Origin: Acidimicrobiales bacterium
GTDB lineage: Bacteria > Actinomycetota > Acidimicrobiia > Acidimicrobiales > VFJN01
Length of the DNA stretch: 64,000 bases
Assembly: GCA_035316325.1 (NCBI GenBank)
Contig: DATHJB010000033.1
Coordinates: 21,510-85,509 of the forward strand
Direction of reading: 5' to 3'
Shown here: positions 12,065 through 21,166 of the stretch, piece by piece
Numbering within the stretch: position 1 is the first letter of the stretch
Layout of the letters: each line of letters begins with the position of its first letter
The notes under the pieces: generated by a model
Databases searched by the model: none
Told to the model about the DNA's origin: nothing
Seen by the model: the letters and a program-made list of their open reading frames with translations, nothing else
Made by a program: the position numbers and the translations under genes

Positions 12065-12184
12065 AAGTACGGGCCAGGCTACTGGTCAGTCACTACCGGC
12101 TCCCTTCCGAATCGCTGTCACCTGCCGGGGCGGCCGGTTCGGGGCTGGTCGAAGGGGGAGTGTCGTCTGCGTAGATTCGGGTCG

Positions 12185-13105
12185 GTGAGGTCTTCTCGTG
12201 TAGCGGTGGCGCCGGCGGGGGTGCGGTCTTTCCTGGAGGATGCCGTGGTGGCGGGTGGCGGCGTCGTCGTGCCGCCGGAGGAAGCCGAGGGGGTGGTGTG
12301 GGCGGATGCCGGCGACGCGGGCGGTCTGTCGAAGCTGCTCGACGACCAGCCGGGGATCCGGTGGGTGCAGCTGCCGTGGGCGGGGATCGAGCCGTACGTC
12401 GAGGTGGTGCGGGCGCACGACGACCTGGTGTGGGCCTGCGCCAAGGGCGTGTACGCCGAGCCGGTGGGTGAGCACGCCCTGGCCCTGGCGCTGGCGTGCC
12501 GGCGCTCGCTGGGTGCGTTCGTCCGGGCCGGCCGGTGGACGAAGGGGCGGGGGGAGTACCTGCTGGGCTCCCGGGTGACGATCGTGGGCGGCGGCGGGAT
12601 CACCGAGACACTGCTGCGCCTCCTCGGTCCGTTCGGCTGCGAGGTGACCGTGGTGCGCTCGACGCCCCGGCCGCTGGCGGGGGCCGATCGGGTGGTGGCG
12701 TCGTCGGAGCTGGACGAGGCGCTGACCGGGGCCGACGTGGTGGTGCTGGCCCTGGCGTTGACCGCCGAGACGACGGGGCTGATCGACCGGCGGCGCCTCG
12801 ACCTGGTGGCGCCGGGTGGCGTGCTGGTCAACGTCGCCCGGGGGCAGCACGTGGTGACCGACGACGTCATCCCGGCGCTCGACGACGGGCCCCTGGCGGG
12901 TGCCGGGCTCGACGTCACCGACCCCGAGCCGCTGCCCGACGGCCATCCCCTGTGGTCCCGGCCCGACGTCATCATCACCCCGCACACGGCCAACACGCCC
13001 GAGATGGCGGTGCCGCTGCTGTCGGCCCGGGTGACCGACAACGTCCGCCGCCACATCGCCGGCGAGCCCCTCCTCGGCCTCGTCGACCCCGCCGCCGGCT
13101 ACTGA
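12185..13105 (+). CDS. D-isomer-specific 2-hydroxyacid dehydrogenase family protein
   Basis: This is the 3' part of ORF 9554..13105. It carries VTIVGGGGITETL (NAD fold), NVARGQHV and DVTDPEPLP...PHTAN. The GTG at 12185 is a candidate start and remains uncertain. Confidence 0.82.
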   Translation: MRSSRVAVAPAGVRSFLEDAVVAGGGVVVPPEEAEGVVWADAGDAGGLSKLLDDQPGIRWVQLPWAGIEPYVEVVRAHDDLVWACAKGVYAEPVGEHALALALACRRSLGAFVRAGRWTKGRGEYLLGSRVTIVGGGGITETLLRLLGPFGCEVTVVRSTPRPLAGADRVVASSELDEALTGADVVVLALALTAETTGLIDRRRLDLVAPGGVLVNVARGQHVVTDDVIPALDDGPLAGAGLDVTDPEPLPDGHPLWSRPDVIITPHTANTPEMAVPLLSARVTDNVRRHIAGEPLLGLVDPAAGY

Positions 13106-13109
13106 CTGA

Positions 13110-13164
13110 CCGAAATCTCGACAGAAGTGGTCGCCAGAGCGCCACGAGTGTCGAGGTTTCGGGG
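13110..13164. repeat. REP-like palindromic element, copy 2
   Basis: CCGAAATCTCGACAGAAGTGGTCGCCAGAGCGCCACGAGTGTCGAGGTTTCGGGG, located between convergent gene ends 13105 and 13177. Confidence 0.8.
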
Positions 13165-13176
13165 TTGGCCGCCCGG

Positions 13177-13719
13177 CTAGTCGACGTCGCGGCTGAGGAG
13201 GTGGTCGCCCTCGACCCAGCGGGCCTGGGCCCACAGGAGCGACGACAGGCGGTTGAGGTACGGCAGGACGTGGGAGCCCTCGGCCGTGGCGGCCACCGAC
13301 TCGCGCTCGGCCCGGCGGACCACCGTGCGGGCCACGTCGAGCTGGGCGGCCAGGGCCGTCTGCCCCGGCACCACGAACTCCTTGGGCACCTCGAAGCGGG
13401 TGCCCACCTCGTCGGTGAGCTGCTCCAGGTGGTGGACCATGTCGAGGCTGACACGGCTCTGGCCGTCGGTCAGCTTGTGCTGGTTCTCCGGCAGCGTCGC
13501 CAGCTCGGCCATCAGCACCCACAGGTCACGGCACACGTGGACGAGCTGGTCGTCGAGGTCGTCGCCGGGCTCGCACAGGGGACGAGCCGCCCCGATGGTG
13601 GCCTGGGCCTCGTCGACCGCGCCGCAGGCCCGGGGCTGGGCGGCGTCCTTGGCGACCCGCCCGCCGAACAGGAGTCCGGTGGTCCCGTCGTCGCCCTTGC
13701 CGGTGTAGAGCCGCGTCAT
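13177..13719 (-). CDS. PduO-type ATP:cob(I)alamin adenosyltransferase
   Basis: MTRLYTGKGDDGTTGL N-terminus and 180-aa length are typical of PduO/MMAB. This is the C-terminal part of the long ORF 13177..15228. Confidence 0.9.
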   Translation of the reverse strand: MTRLYTGKGDDGTTGLLFGGRVAKDAAQPRACGAVDEAQATIGAARPLCEPGDDLDDQLVHVCRDLWVLMAELATLPENQHKLTDGQSRVSLDMVHHLEQLTDEVGTRFEVPKEFVVPGQTALAAQLDVARTVVRRAERESVAATAEGSHVLPYLNRLSSLLWAQARWVEGDHLLSRDVD

Positions 13720-13764
13720 GCTCGGAACGCTAGTGGGGGGCGGACCCCCGTCTACCCTGCTCAC

Positions 13765-15222
13765 GTGCCGCTGCGTTTCCAGACCTCCCGTGCCGTTCCC
13801 GACAACGTCGACGCTCTCGCCGTGGGCGTCTTCTCCGACCGGGAGGCGCCGGCGCCGCTCGACCCGACGTTCCTGGCGGCACAGGGCTTCTCGGGCGCGG
13901 TGGGCGAGACGACCGTGGTCCGGACGGTCGGGGATGGCGAGGCCGGCCCGCCGGTGATCGTGGCCGTGGGCCTCGGCGAGCACGGCAAGGCCACGTCGGC
14001 CACCTACCGCCGGGCGGGCGCCGCGCTCGTCGGCGCCTCGACGCACCGCAAGCGGGTGGCGACCACGCTGCTGGCCGACCTGCCCGAGGGCATCGAGGTG
14101 GCGGACGCGGCCCGGGCGCTGGCCGAGGGCGTGGTGCTGGCCGGCTACCGCTTCACCACCTACAAGTCCGACCCCAAGCCGGTGGAGCTCGAGCGGGTCG
14201 TGGTGGTCGACGACGGCGGGCGGGCCACCACCACGGCGCTCACCACCGGGCAGGCCGTCGCCGACGCGGTGTGCGTCGCCCGGGACCTGTACAACGAGCC
14301 GGGCGGCACGCTGACGCCGTCGGTGTTCGCCGAGCGGGCCGTGAACCTGGGCCGCGACCACGGGTTCGCGGTGCGGGTGCGTGACGAGCGGGCGATCAAG
14401 CGGGCCCGGCTGGGTGGGCTGCTGGGCGTCAACCGGGGGTCGGTGGAGCCGGCGCGGTTCGTCGAGCTGTCGTGGGCGCCGGCCCGGCCCAAGGCGACGG
14501 TGGCCCTGGTGGGCAAGGGCATCACGTTCGACTCGGGCGGCCTGTCGCTCAAGAGCACCGAGGGCATGAAGACCATGAAGGGTGACATGGGCGGGGCCGC
14601 CGCCGTGCTCGGCACCTTCTGCGCCCTGGCCGCGGTGAAGCCCCCGGTGAAGGTGCTCGGCTACATCCCGCTGACCGACAACATGCCCGGCGGCGACGCC
14701 ACCCGCATCGGCGACGTGCTGCACATCCGCAACGGCACCACCGTCGAGGTGCTGAACACCGACGCCGAGGGGCGCCTGGTGCTCGCTGACGCCCTGGTGA
14801 TGGCCAGCGACGCCCGGCCGGCGGCGATCGTCGACCTGGCCACGCTCACCGGTGCCTGCAAGGTGGCGTTGGGCGACCGGATCGCCGGGCTCATGGGCAA
14901 CGACGACGAGCTGATCGGCAAGGTGCGGGCGGCTGCCGACTCGGCGGGCGAGATGGTGTGGCACCTGCCGCTGCCGGAGCACATGCGGTCGAAGCTCGAC
15001 TCCGAGGTGGCCGACCTGAAGAACGTCGCCGGCGGGCGCGACGGCGGTGCCCTGGTGGCGGGCCTGTTCCTGCAGGAGTTCGTGGCCGAGGGCATCCCCT
15101 GGGCGCACCTCGACATCGCCGGCCCGGCCGAGTCGTCCGAGAACGACGGCGAGCTGCGCAAGGGCGGCACCGGCTTCGGCGTCCGCACGCTGCTGCGCCT
15201 CCTGGAGTCGCTCCCGGGCTGA
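13765..15222 (+). CDS. pepA: Leucyl aminopeptidase (M17)
   Basis: VGKGITFDSGGLSLK and NTDAEGRLVLADAL are the M17 signatures. GTG start at 13765 (VPLRFQTS). Confidence 0.93.
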   Translation: MPLRFQTSRAVPDNVDALAVGVFSDREAPAPLDPTFLAAQGFSGAVGETTVVRTVGDGEAGPPVIVAVGLGEHGKATSATYRRAGAALVGASTHRKRVATTLLADLPEGIEVADAARALAEGVVLAGYRFTTYKSDPKPVELERVVVVDDGGRATTTALTTGQAVADAVCVARDLYNEPGGTLTPSVFAERAVNLGRDHGFAVRVRDERAIKRARLGGLLGVNRGSVEPARFVELSWAPARPKATVALVGKGITFDSGGLSLKSTEGMKTMKGDMGGAAAVLGTFCALAAVKPPVKVLGYIPLTDNMPGGDATRIGDVLHIRNGTTVEVLNTDAEGRLVLADALVMASDARPAAIVDLATLTGACKVALGDRIAGLMGNDDELIGKVRAAADSAGEMVWHLPLPEHMRSKLDSEVADLKNVAGGRDGGALVAGLFLQEFVAEGIPWAHLDIAGPAESSENDGELRKGGTGFGVRTLLRLLESLPG

Positions 15223-15228
15223 CGGCAA

Positions 15229-15282
15229 CCCGAAACCTCGACACAGGTGGCGCTATAGGCACCAGTTCTGTCGAGGTTTCTG
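15229..15282. repeat. REP-like palindromic element, copy 3 (inverted orientation)
   Basis: GAAACCTCGACA...TGTCGAGGTTTC forms a perfect 12-bp stem. The central part is the reverse complement of copies 1 and 4. It nearly fills the 61-nt gap between convergent pepA and the GH84 gene. Confidence 0.8.
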
Positions 15283-15283
15283 C

Positions 15284-17275
15284 TCAGGAGCGGGTGATGA
15301 AGGCGTCGAGGACCCCGTCGCCGACCAGGACCGGGCCCTCGGGGAGCGTCTCGCCGGCGATGGTGTGGACCGCCTGGGCCTGGGCGACGAGGTCGTCCGC
15401 CGCGGCGAAGCGGCTCTGGGCCGTCGCCTCGTCGCCGTCGACCTGCGACTGGAGCCCGTCGAGCCGGGTGACGAAGGCTTCGCCCCAACGGGACAGGGCG
15501 TCGAGCCATGGTCGGCAGTCGGCCAGGAACCCCTGGTCGGCGACGCCGGCGCGGATGCGCTCGGGTGCGGCGGCGAGCAGCTCGGCGTAGGGGCGCAGGC
15601 CGGTGATGGCACCGGCCCGGTCGCCGGACGCCCAGGTGCTGTCGAACGTGGCGATCCGCTCGGCCAGCACCGGTGCCTGCGGCTGCGACACGGTCGCTTC
15701 CGATCGGGCCGACGTGGGGGAGAGGGTCTCCAGGTCGAAGAACGCCAGCAGCGCCTCGACGGTCTGGCCGTGGTCGCCCCCGCCCCCGGCGGCCACCAGC
15801 TCGGCGGCGGCCCGGTGGGCGCGGGCCGGGTCGTACGCCGGGCTGTTCCAGGCGAAGTCGGCGACGCCCACCAGTGCCACCTTCGACGCCGCCGCCTGGT
15901 TCATCGGGTTGGAGATCAAGCCCGAGATCTCGCTCCCGAGCGCCGGTTCCCGGCGGGTGTAGGGCCCGAGCATCAGCCGGCCGGCGGTGCGGGGGAAGTC
16001 GTTGACCGGGTAGTTGTCCCACACGTAGACGGGACGGCCGAAGACCTCCCGGGCCGCCGCGGCCTGTGCGGCCGTGATCTCGGCGGGCACGACGATGTCG
16101 CCCGTCCACATCACCTGGACCGCCGGGTCGAGCTGGGCGCGGATCACCTGCCGGTACGGGCTGTCGTCGGTGTTGCGGTACTCGGTGGGCACGAGCGTGA
16201 GCGGCCGGGTGCCCTCGTGTGCCGCCACGAAGCCCTGCTGCAGCCCGTTGAGCAGCTCGACCTGGGCCCGGGCCGCGGTCTCGCCGGTGTTGGGGCCGTA
16301 CCGGGCACGGTCGGTGTCGCAGTTCCAGCGGTCGTAGGCGATGTCGTCGAGAGCGACGGCGAAGTCACGGACGCCCAGGTCGTACAGGGCGCCGAGCTTG
16401 GTCTCCAGCGCATCGACGTCGGCCGCGTCGGAGTAGCAGATCGACACGCCCGGCGAGACGGCGAACGTGAAGTGCACGTGGTGCTCGGCCGCGGCGGCGA
16501 CCAGCGTGCCGAGGGCGTCGAGCTCGGCCGCCGGGTAGGGATCGCGCCAGCGGTCGCGGTGGAAGGGGTCGGCCTTGGGGGCGTACATGTAGGTGTTGAG
16601 CTTCATGCGGCCGTAGAAGTCGAGCTGGTCGAGCCGCTCGTCCTGGGTCCACGGGCTGCCGTAGAAGCCCTCGACCACGCCGCGCCGCGGCAGCGTCGGG
16701 CTGTCGACCACCCCCACGCCCGCGACCCGGCCGTCGCCGACGAGCTGCCGCAGCGTCTGGGCGCCGTAGTAGATGCCCGCCGCGTCCTGGCCCCCGAGGA
16801 CGATCGCGTCGTCGGCCGCATCGACGGCGAGCACGTAGCCCTCGGCGGGGAGGTCCGGTGGCACCGCGATCTCGGCGCGGGCCAAGGCGTCGGCGATCAG
16901 CTCGTCGCCGACGAGGCCGGCCCGCACCACCAGGTCGGCGTCGTCGCCTTCGCCCTCGCGCTCGACGGTGCCGGCACCCGCCGAGCGGAGCGCCTCGACG
17001 ACGAGGTCGCCGGTCGGGCCGTCGACCCCGTCGCCGGCGACGAACGCCGCCGTGTCGGGTACCGCCACGTCGCTGTCGCCGAGCCAGCGGATCTCCCGGG
17101 GCGTGGGCACGACCTGGGGCAGGGGAGCGTCGGCCGGGCGCGGGCTGCTGGTGGTCGACTCGCCCGGGTTCTCGGAGCCGGGCGACGTGGCGGAGCTGCC
17201 CGAGCTGTCGTCGTCACCCGAGCAGCCCAGGGCGGCCACGAGCACCAGCAGCGGGACGACGACGTGGGAGCGCAC
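15284..17275 (-). CDS. GH84 family beta-N-acetylglucosaminidase (O-GlcNAcase/NagJ-like), secreted or lipoprotein
   Basis: RGVVEGFYGSPW, FAVALDDIAYD (catalytic DD pair) and YVWDNYPVND are present. The signal peptide ends in LVAALGCSG. The GTG start at 17275 is preceded by GGAGG. Confidence 0.85.
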   Translation of the reverse strand: MRSHVVVPLLVLVAALGCSGDDDSSGSSATSPGSENPGESTTSSPRPADAPLPQVVPTPREIRWLGDSDVAVPDTAAFVAGDGVDGPTGDLVVEALRSAGAGTVEREGEGDDADLVVRAGLVGDELIADALARAEIAVPPDLPAEGYVLAVDAADDAIVLGGQDAAGIYYGAQTLRQLVGDGRVAGVGVVDSPTLPRRGVVEGFYGSPWTQDERLDQLDFYGRMKLNTYMYAPKADPFHRDRWRDPYPAAELDALGTLVAAAAEHHVHFTFAVSPGVSICYSDAADVDALETKLGALYDLGVRDFAVALDDIAYDRWNCDTDRARYGPNTGETAARAQVELLNGLQQGFVAAHEGTRPLTLVPTEYRNTDDSPYRQVIRAQLDPAVQVMWTGDIVVPAEITAAQAAAAREVFGRPVYVWDNYPVNDFPRTAGRLMLGPYTRREPALGSEISGLISNPMNQAAASKVALVGVADFAWNSPAYDPARAHRAAAELVAAGGGGDHGQTVEALLAFFDLETLSPTSARSEATVSQPQAPVLAERIATFDSTWASGDRAGAITGLRPYAELLAAAPERIRAGVADQGFLADCRPWLDALSRWGEAFVTRLDGLQSQVDGDEATAQSRFAAADDLVAQAQAVHTIAGETLPEGPVLVGDGVLDAFITRS

Positions 17276-17289
17276 AGGAACCTCCGAAG

Positions 17290-17907
17290 CTACATCGCGG
17301 TGGCGACGGTGGGCCCGCGCCAGCGGTCGAGCGCCCAGTCGATGGCATCGCGGGCCATCTGAGCAGGGAACCGCCAACGTTCGAGCTGCCGCTCGGCGCC
17401 CTCGGCGTCTTCGCCGAGCTCCAGCAGCGACAGCGCCAGGCGCCGGGCGCGGTCGGTGAGCACGGCGTTGCGGGCGGCGTCGGGCGCGTCGGCCATCCAG
17501 CGCTCGTGCTCGGCCCGCAGGGCATCGCTGAGCCGGCTGAGCTGCCGTTGGCTCAGCGGGGCGAGCCTGCGCCGCACCTCCATGAGGTTGCGGTTGACCA
17601 TGCGGGCCACCCGGAACTCGCAGCACCGGGCCAGCGTCTTCGGGAGCGTGCCCGCCCGGCTCCCGCTGCGGCCGAGCCCGATCGAGGCGGCGCACGACTC
17701 GAAGTCGAGCACGAACTCGTCGGGCGTGCGGTCGAAGCGGTCGGCCACGTAGCGGGCGAACCAGGTGGCGCTGGGGCCGAGCGTGCCCAGCCAGAACCGT
17801 TCGACGTAGGGGGAGCGCGGGTCGTACCCGACCTGCTCGAGGACCGGGTCGACCCAGGGGCGGACGAGCAGGCGGTCGCAGTCGGGGGGAAGGACGAGGG
17901 CACGCAT
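17290..17907 (-). CDS. Conserved-looking hypothetical protein (205 aa), possibly DNA-binding
   Basis: ORF 17290..17907 has coding-like codon usage and sits 15 nt upstream of the GH84 gene on the same strand. No motif was recognised. Confidence 0.55.
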   Translation of the reverse strand: MRALVLPPDCDRLLVRPWVDPVLEQVGYDPRSPYVERFWLGTLGPSATWFARYVADRFDRTPDEFVLDFESCAASIGLGRSGSRAGTLPKTLARCCEFRVARMVNRNLMEVRRRLAPLSQRQLSRLSDALRAEHERWMADAPDAARNAVLTDRARRLALSLLELGEDAEGAERQLERWRFPAQMARDAIDWALDRWRGPTVATAM

Positions 17908-17987
17908 CGACGAGACTCCATATCGAGATAGATGAGCTGTTTTCCCGCTCTTTCAGTGTTTCACGTGCATGTAGTAGCCTGTCAAGC

Positions 17988-18791
17988 GTGGACGGGGAAC
18001 CGGTCGCCGACGAGGCGGCAGAGGCAACCGACGAGGAGATCGCCCAGGTCAGGGCCTGGATCGGCGAGGCGAACCGCATCGTCGTGCTCACGGGCGCGGG
18101 CATCAGCACCGAGAGCGGCATCCCCGACTACCGCGGTCCCCAGGGCGTGTGGACCCGCAACCCGGGGGCCGAGCGCATGGCCACCCTGGAGCACTACATG
18201 TCCGACCCCGAGACGCGGCGCCAGTCGTGGCGCAGCCGGTTGGGGCACCCCGCCTGGAGCGCCGAGCCCAACGCCGGCCATCTCGCCCTCGTCGCCCTCG
18301 AACGGCAGGGCAGGCTCGACACGCTCATCACCCAGAACGTCGACGGGCTGCACCACATCGCGGGGTCCGACCCGGCGCTCGTGGTCGAGGTGCACGGCAA
18401 CATGCGCGAGGTGGTGTGCATGTCGTGCGACGAGCGGGCGCCGATGGAGCGGGCGCTCGACCGGGTGCGGGCGGGCGAGGACGACCCGTCGTGCCGATCG
18501 TGCGGCGGCATCCTCAAGTCGGCCACGATCAGCTTCGGGCAGAACCTCGTGGCCGACGACCTGCGCCGTGCCGCCGAGGCCGCCCGCCGCTGCGACCTCC
18601 TCCTGGCCGTCGGCTCCACCCTGGCCGTGTACCCCGTCGCCGAGGTGGTGCCGCTGGCCGGCGCGAACGGCGCCCGGGTCGTGATCGTCAACGGCTCGGC
18701 CACCGTGATGGACCCGGTCGCCGACATCGTGCTCCGGGGCCCGATCGGCGACATCCTCCCCCGTCTCGTCCCGTCGGAAGGGCTTGGATAG
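17988..18791 (+). CDS. cobB: Sir2-family NAD-dependent protein deacylase
   Basis: VVLTGAGISTESGIPDYRGPQG, TQNVDGLH, Zn-ribbon cysteines CMSC...CRSCGG. Confidence 0.92.
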   Translation: MDGEPVADEAAEATDEEIAQVRAWIGEANRIVVLTGAGISTESGIPDYRGPQGVWTRNPGAERMATLEHYMSDPETRRQSWRSRLGHPAWSAEPNAGHLALVALERQGRLDTLITQNVDGLHHIAGSDPALVVEVHGNMREVVCMSCDERAPMERALDRVRAGEDDPSCRSCGGILKSATISFGQNLVADDLRRAAEAARRCDLLLAVGSTLAVYPVAEVVPLAGANGARVVIVNGSATVMDPVADIVLRGPIGDILPRLVPSEGLG

Positions 18792-19130
18792 GGGAGGAAT
18801 CCCAGGTGGTGGCCCAACGACGTGAACTGACCCTGTCGCGATCGGTAGCCTCTCGCCATCGCTACTTCGCTGCTCGAATCCGCGAAGCGCAGGAATCCAT
18901 TACCCACAGGAACTCTCGTTGTTGGGGCGGGACTCCTAGTCGCTGGTCTGTCGGCTTATGGGTTCATCGCGCTCTCGGCCCGGGTCCTCGGTGACGCCGA
19001 GAAGGCGCCGCTCGGGGCCCAGTGGGGCCTCGTCTTCCTGCTCGGCCCCGGCCTGTTCCTGCCGCTCGAGCAGGAGGTCAGCCGGGCCCTCGCCGAGCGA
19101 CGGACGCAGGGGCTCGGTGGCGCACCGCTG

Positions 19131-20201
19131 GTGCGTCGGGCGGCGACGATCGGCATCGGCCTCGCCCTCGGGGTGCTGGTCATCCTCATCGCCACGTCGC
19201 GCCTGCTGGTCGAGCACGTGTTCGACGAGCAGATCCTCCTGCTGGTGGGCCTGGCGATCGGCGTCGTCGCGGCGCTCGCGGGCCACCTCACCCGGGGCTG
19301 CCTCTCGGGCACGTCCCAGTTCAAGGCCTACGGCGTCTACCTGGGTGCCGACGGGCTGCTCCGCTTCCTGCTGTGCGTCGCCGTCGCCGTGATCGGCGTG
19401 AAGACGGCGGGCTGGTACGGCATCGCCGTCGGCCTCGCCGGCCTGCTGGCGGTGCCGGTGGCGCTGCGCGTCGAGCGCCCGAAGCTCGAGCCCGGGCCGG
19501 AGGCGGCCTGGCGTGAGATCTCCCGGGCACTCGGCTACCTGCTGGCGGCGTCGCTCTGCGCCTACACGCTGATGAACATCGGGCCGGTGCTGGTCAAGGT
19601 CCTGGCCACCGACGCCGAGACCAAGATCGCCGGTCGCTTCCTGTCGGCCGTCGTCGTGGCCCGCATCCCGCTGTTCCTGTTCCAGGCCATCCAGGCGGCG
19701 CTCCTGCCGAAGCTCACGGGTCTGGCCAGTGCCGGACGGTTGGGCGACTTCCGGGCGGGCCTGCGTCGGCTGCTGTCGGTGGTCGCGGTGCTGGCGCTGC
19801 TGGGCACGGTGGTCGGCTACGTGCTTGGGCCGATGGTCGTGAGGATGATGTCGGGCCCCGAGTTCGACATGACCCACCGCACGATGGGCCTGCTGGCGGC
19901 CGGCAGCGGCTTCTACATGATGGCGTTGGCGCTGGCGCAGGCGGTGATCGCCCTCGGCGGCCACCGGCGGCAGCTGGTGGGCTGGGCGTCCGGCGTGCTG
20001 GGCCTGCTGGTGACCACCTGGCTGATCAGCGACGACCTGTACCTGCGGGTCGAGCTGGGCCTGCTGGTGGGCAGCGTGGTCGCCTTCGTGGTGATGGGCT
20101 ACCTGCTGATCCGGCGGCTCGTCCTGTCGGGCCGCGGTGCCATCGAGGTCGAGTCGGGCGACTTCATGGACGCCCTGCACGACGTCGCCATCGAGCCGTA
20201 G
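19131..20201 (+). CDS. MOP/Wzx-type polysaccharide flippase (true start probably upstream, ~18858-18915, see findings)
   Basis: Multi-TM ORF 19131..20201. The same frame is open from 18849 and encodes two further TM helices typical of the family N-terminus (LVVGAGLLVAGLSAYGFIALSARVLG...WGLVFLLGPGLFLPLEQE). Confidence 0.75.
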   Translation: MRRAATIGIGLALGVLVILIATSRLLVEHVFDEQILLLVGLAIGVVAALAGHLTRGCLSGTSQFKAYGVYLGADGLLRFLLCVAVAVIGVKTAGWYGIAVGLAGLLAVPVALRVERPKLEPGPEAAWREISRALGYLLAASLCAYTLMNIGPVLVKVLATDAETKIAGRFLSAVVVARIPLFLFQAIQAALLPKLTGLASAGRLGDFRAGLRRLLSVVAVLALLGTVVGYVLGPMVVRMMSGPEFDMTHRTMGLLAAGSGFYMMALALAQAVIALGGHRRQLVGWASGVLGLLVTTWLISDDLYLRVELGLLVGSVVAFVVMGYLLIRRLVLSGRGAIEVESGDFMDALHDVAIEP

Positions 20202-20217
20202 CCCCCGCCTCCCGGGC

Positions 20218-21123
20218 ATGGCCTCGACGTCGCCGCAGCTCCGGACCTACCTGCACCTGTTGACGTTGGCGGCGCTGCCCGCCGACTCGACCGGGCCCCG
20301 GGCCGAGTCGGGCGACCCACGGGCGCTGCTGGAGACGCTGGCGGCCGCGGGGTACGAGGGCGTGCAGGGCTTCGAGATCGAGATCGCCGGCATCCCGGCC
20401 GCCGACCCGGCGCTGTGCCGGGAGCTGGGCCTCGGCTGTGCGACGGCGGGGCTGGTCCACCGGCCGGGCACGATCGACGGCGACGCGGCGCGCTGGGCCG
20501 ACCGGGGCTACGAGGCGGCGACGCTGCACGTCGGCCGGGGCAACGAGGACGACGACCTGGCCCACCGGCTGCTCGACGAGATCGTCGTCGCGGCCGACCG
20601 CCACGGCCTGCCGCTCTACGTGGAGACCCACCGGGGCACGGTCACCCAGGACACGTGGCGCACGGTCCAGCTGGTGCAGGCGCATCCGGACATCCGCTTC
20701 AACGGCGACTTCTCCCACTGGTACACCGGGTTGGAGATGACCTACGGCGACTTCGGGGAGCGGCTGCGCTTCCTGGCGCCCGTGTTCGAGCGGACCCGCT
20801 TCCTCCACGGCCGCATCGGCGACCCGGGCTGCATCCAGATCGACGTCGGCGACGGTGCAGCCGGCGCCGACCACCCCAGCGTCGCCCACTTCGAGGCCTT
20901 CTGGACGGCGGCGTTCAGGGGCTTCCTCGCCACCGCGGCCCCCGACGAGCACATCGTCTTCGCCCCCGAGCTCCTCCCGCCCCAGGTCCACTACGCCCGC
21001 ACCGTCCCCGGCCCCGCCGGCACCCGCGTCGAGGACAGCGACCGCTACCACCAGTCCCTGGTCCTGACCGAGATCGCCCGCCGCTGCTGGGACACCGCGA
21101 CCGCGACGACCGCCGAGGAATAG
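20218..21123 (+). CDS. Sugar phosphate isomerase/epimerase (xylose isomerase-like TIM barrel) family protein
   Basis: ORF 20137..21123 with likely ATG at 20218. The AAGYEGVQ..., LHVGRG, YVETHRG and FSHWY pattern resembles the AP_endonuc_2 fold. Confidence 0.55.
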   Translation: MASTSPQLRTYLHLLTLAALPADSTGPRAESGDPRALLETLAAAGYEGVQGFEIEIAGIPAADPALCRELGLGCATAGLVHRPGTIDGDAARWADRGYEAATLHVGRGNEDDDLAHRLLDEIVVAADRHGLPLYVETHRGTVTQDTWRTVQLVQAHPDIRFNGDFSHWYTGLEMTYGDFGERLRFLAPVFERTRFLHGRIGDPGCIQIDVGDGAAGADHPSVAHFEAFWTAAFRGFLATAAPDEHIVFAPELLPPQVHYARTVPGPAGTRVEDSDRYHQSLVLTEIARRCWDTATATTAEE

Positions 21124-21166
21124 TGGGCTCGGAGGATTGTTGAGCTGGTGGGTAGGATTTTGAACG

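Noticed and set aside
12065-12184. Possible cobalamin, SAM or SAH riboswitch in the metH 5' region (divergent intergenic with the 2-hydroxyacid dehydrogenase gene).
   Set aside because: I could not find a B12 box or any recognisable SAM or SAH riboswitch core by eye on the minus strand. Only generic GC-rich sequence is present. A covariance-model scan (Rfam) would be needed to exclude it formally.
18792-18848. The Sir2-flippase gap as a possible small RNA or tRNA locus (locally lower GC, no annotated ORF).
   Set aside because: No cloverleaf or stable conserved structure is visible. Most of the apparent gap downstream of 18849 is explained by the unstarted 5' extension of the flippase frame.
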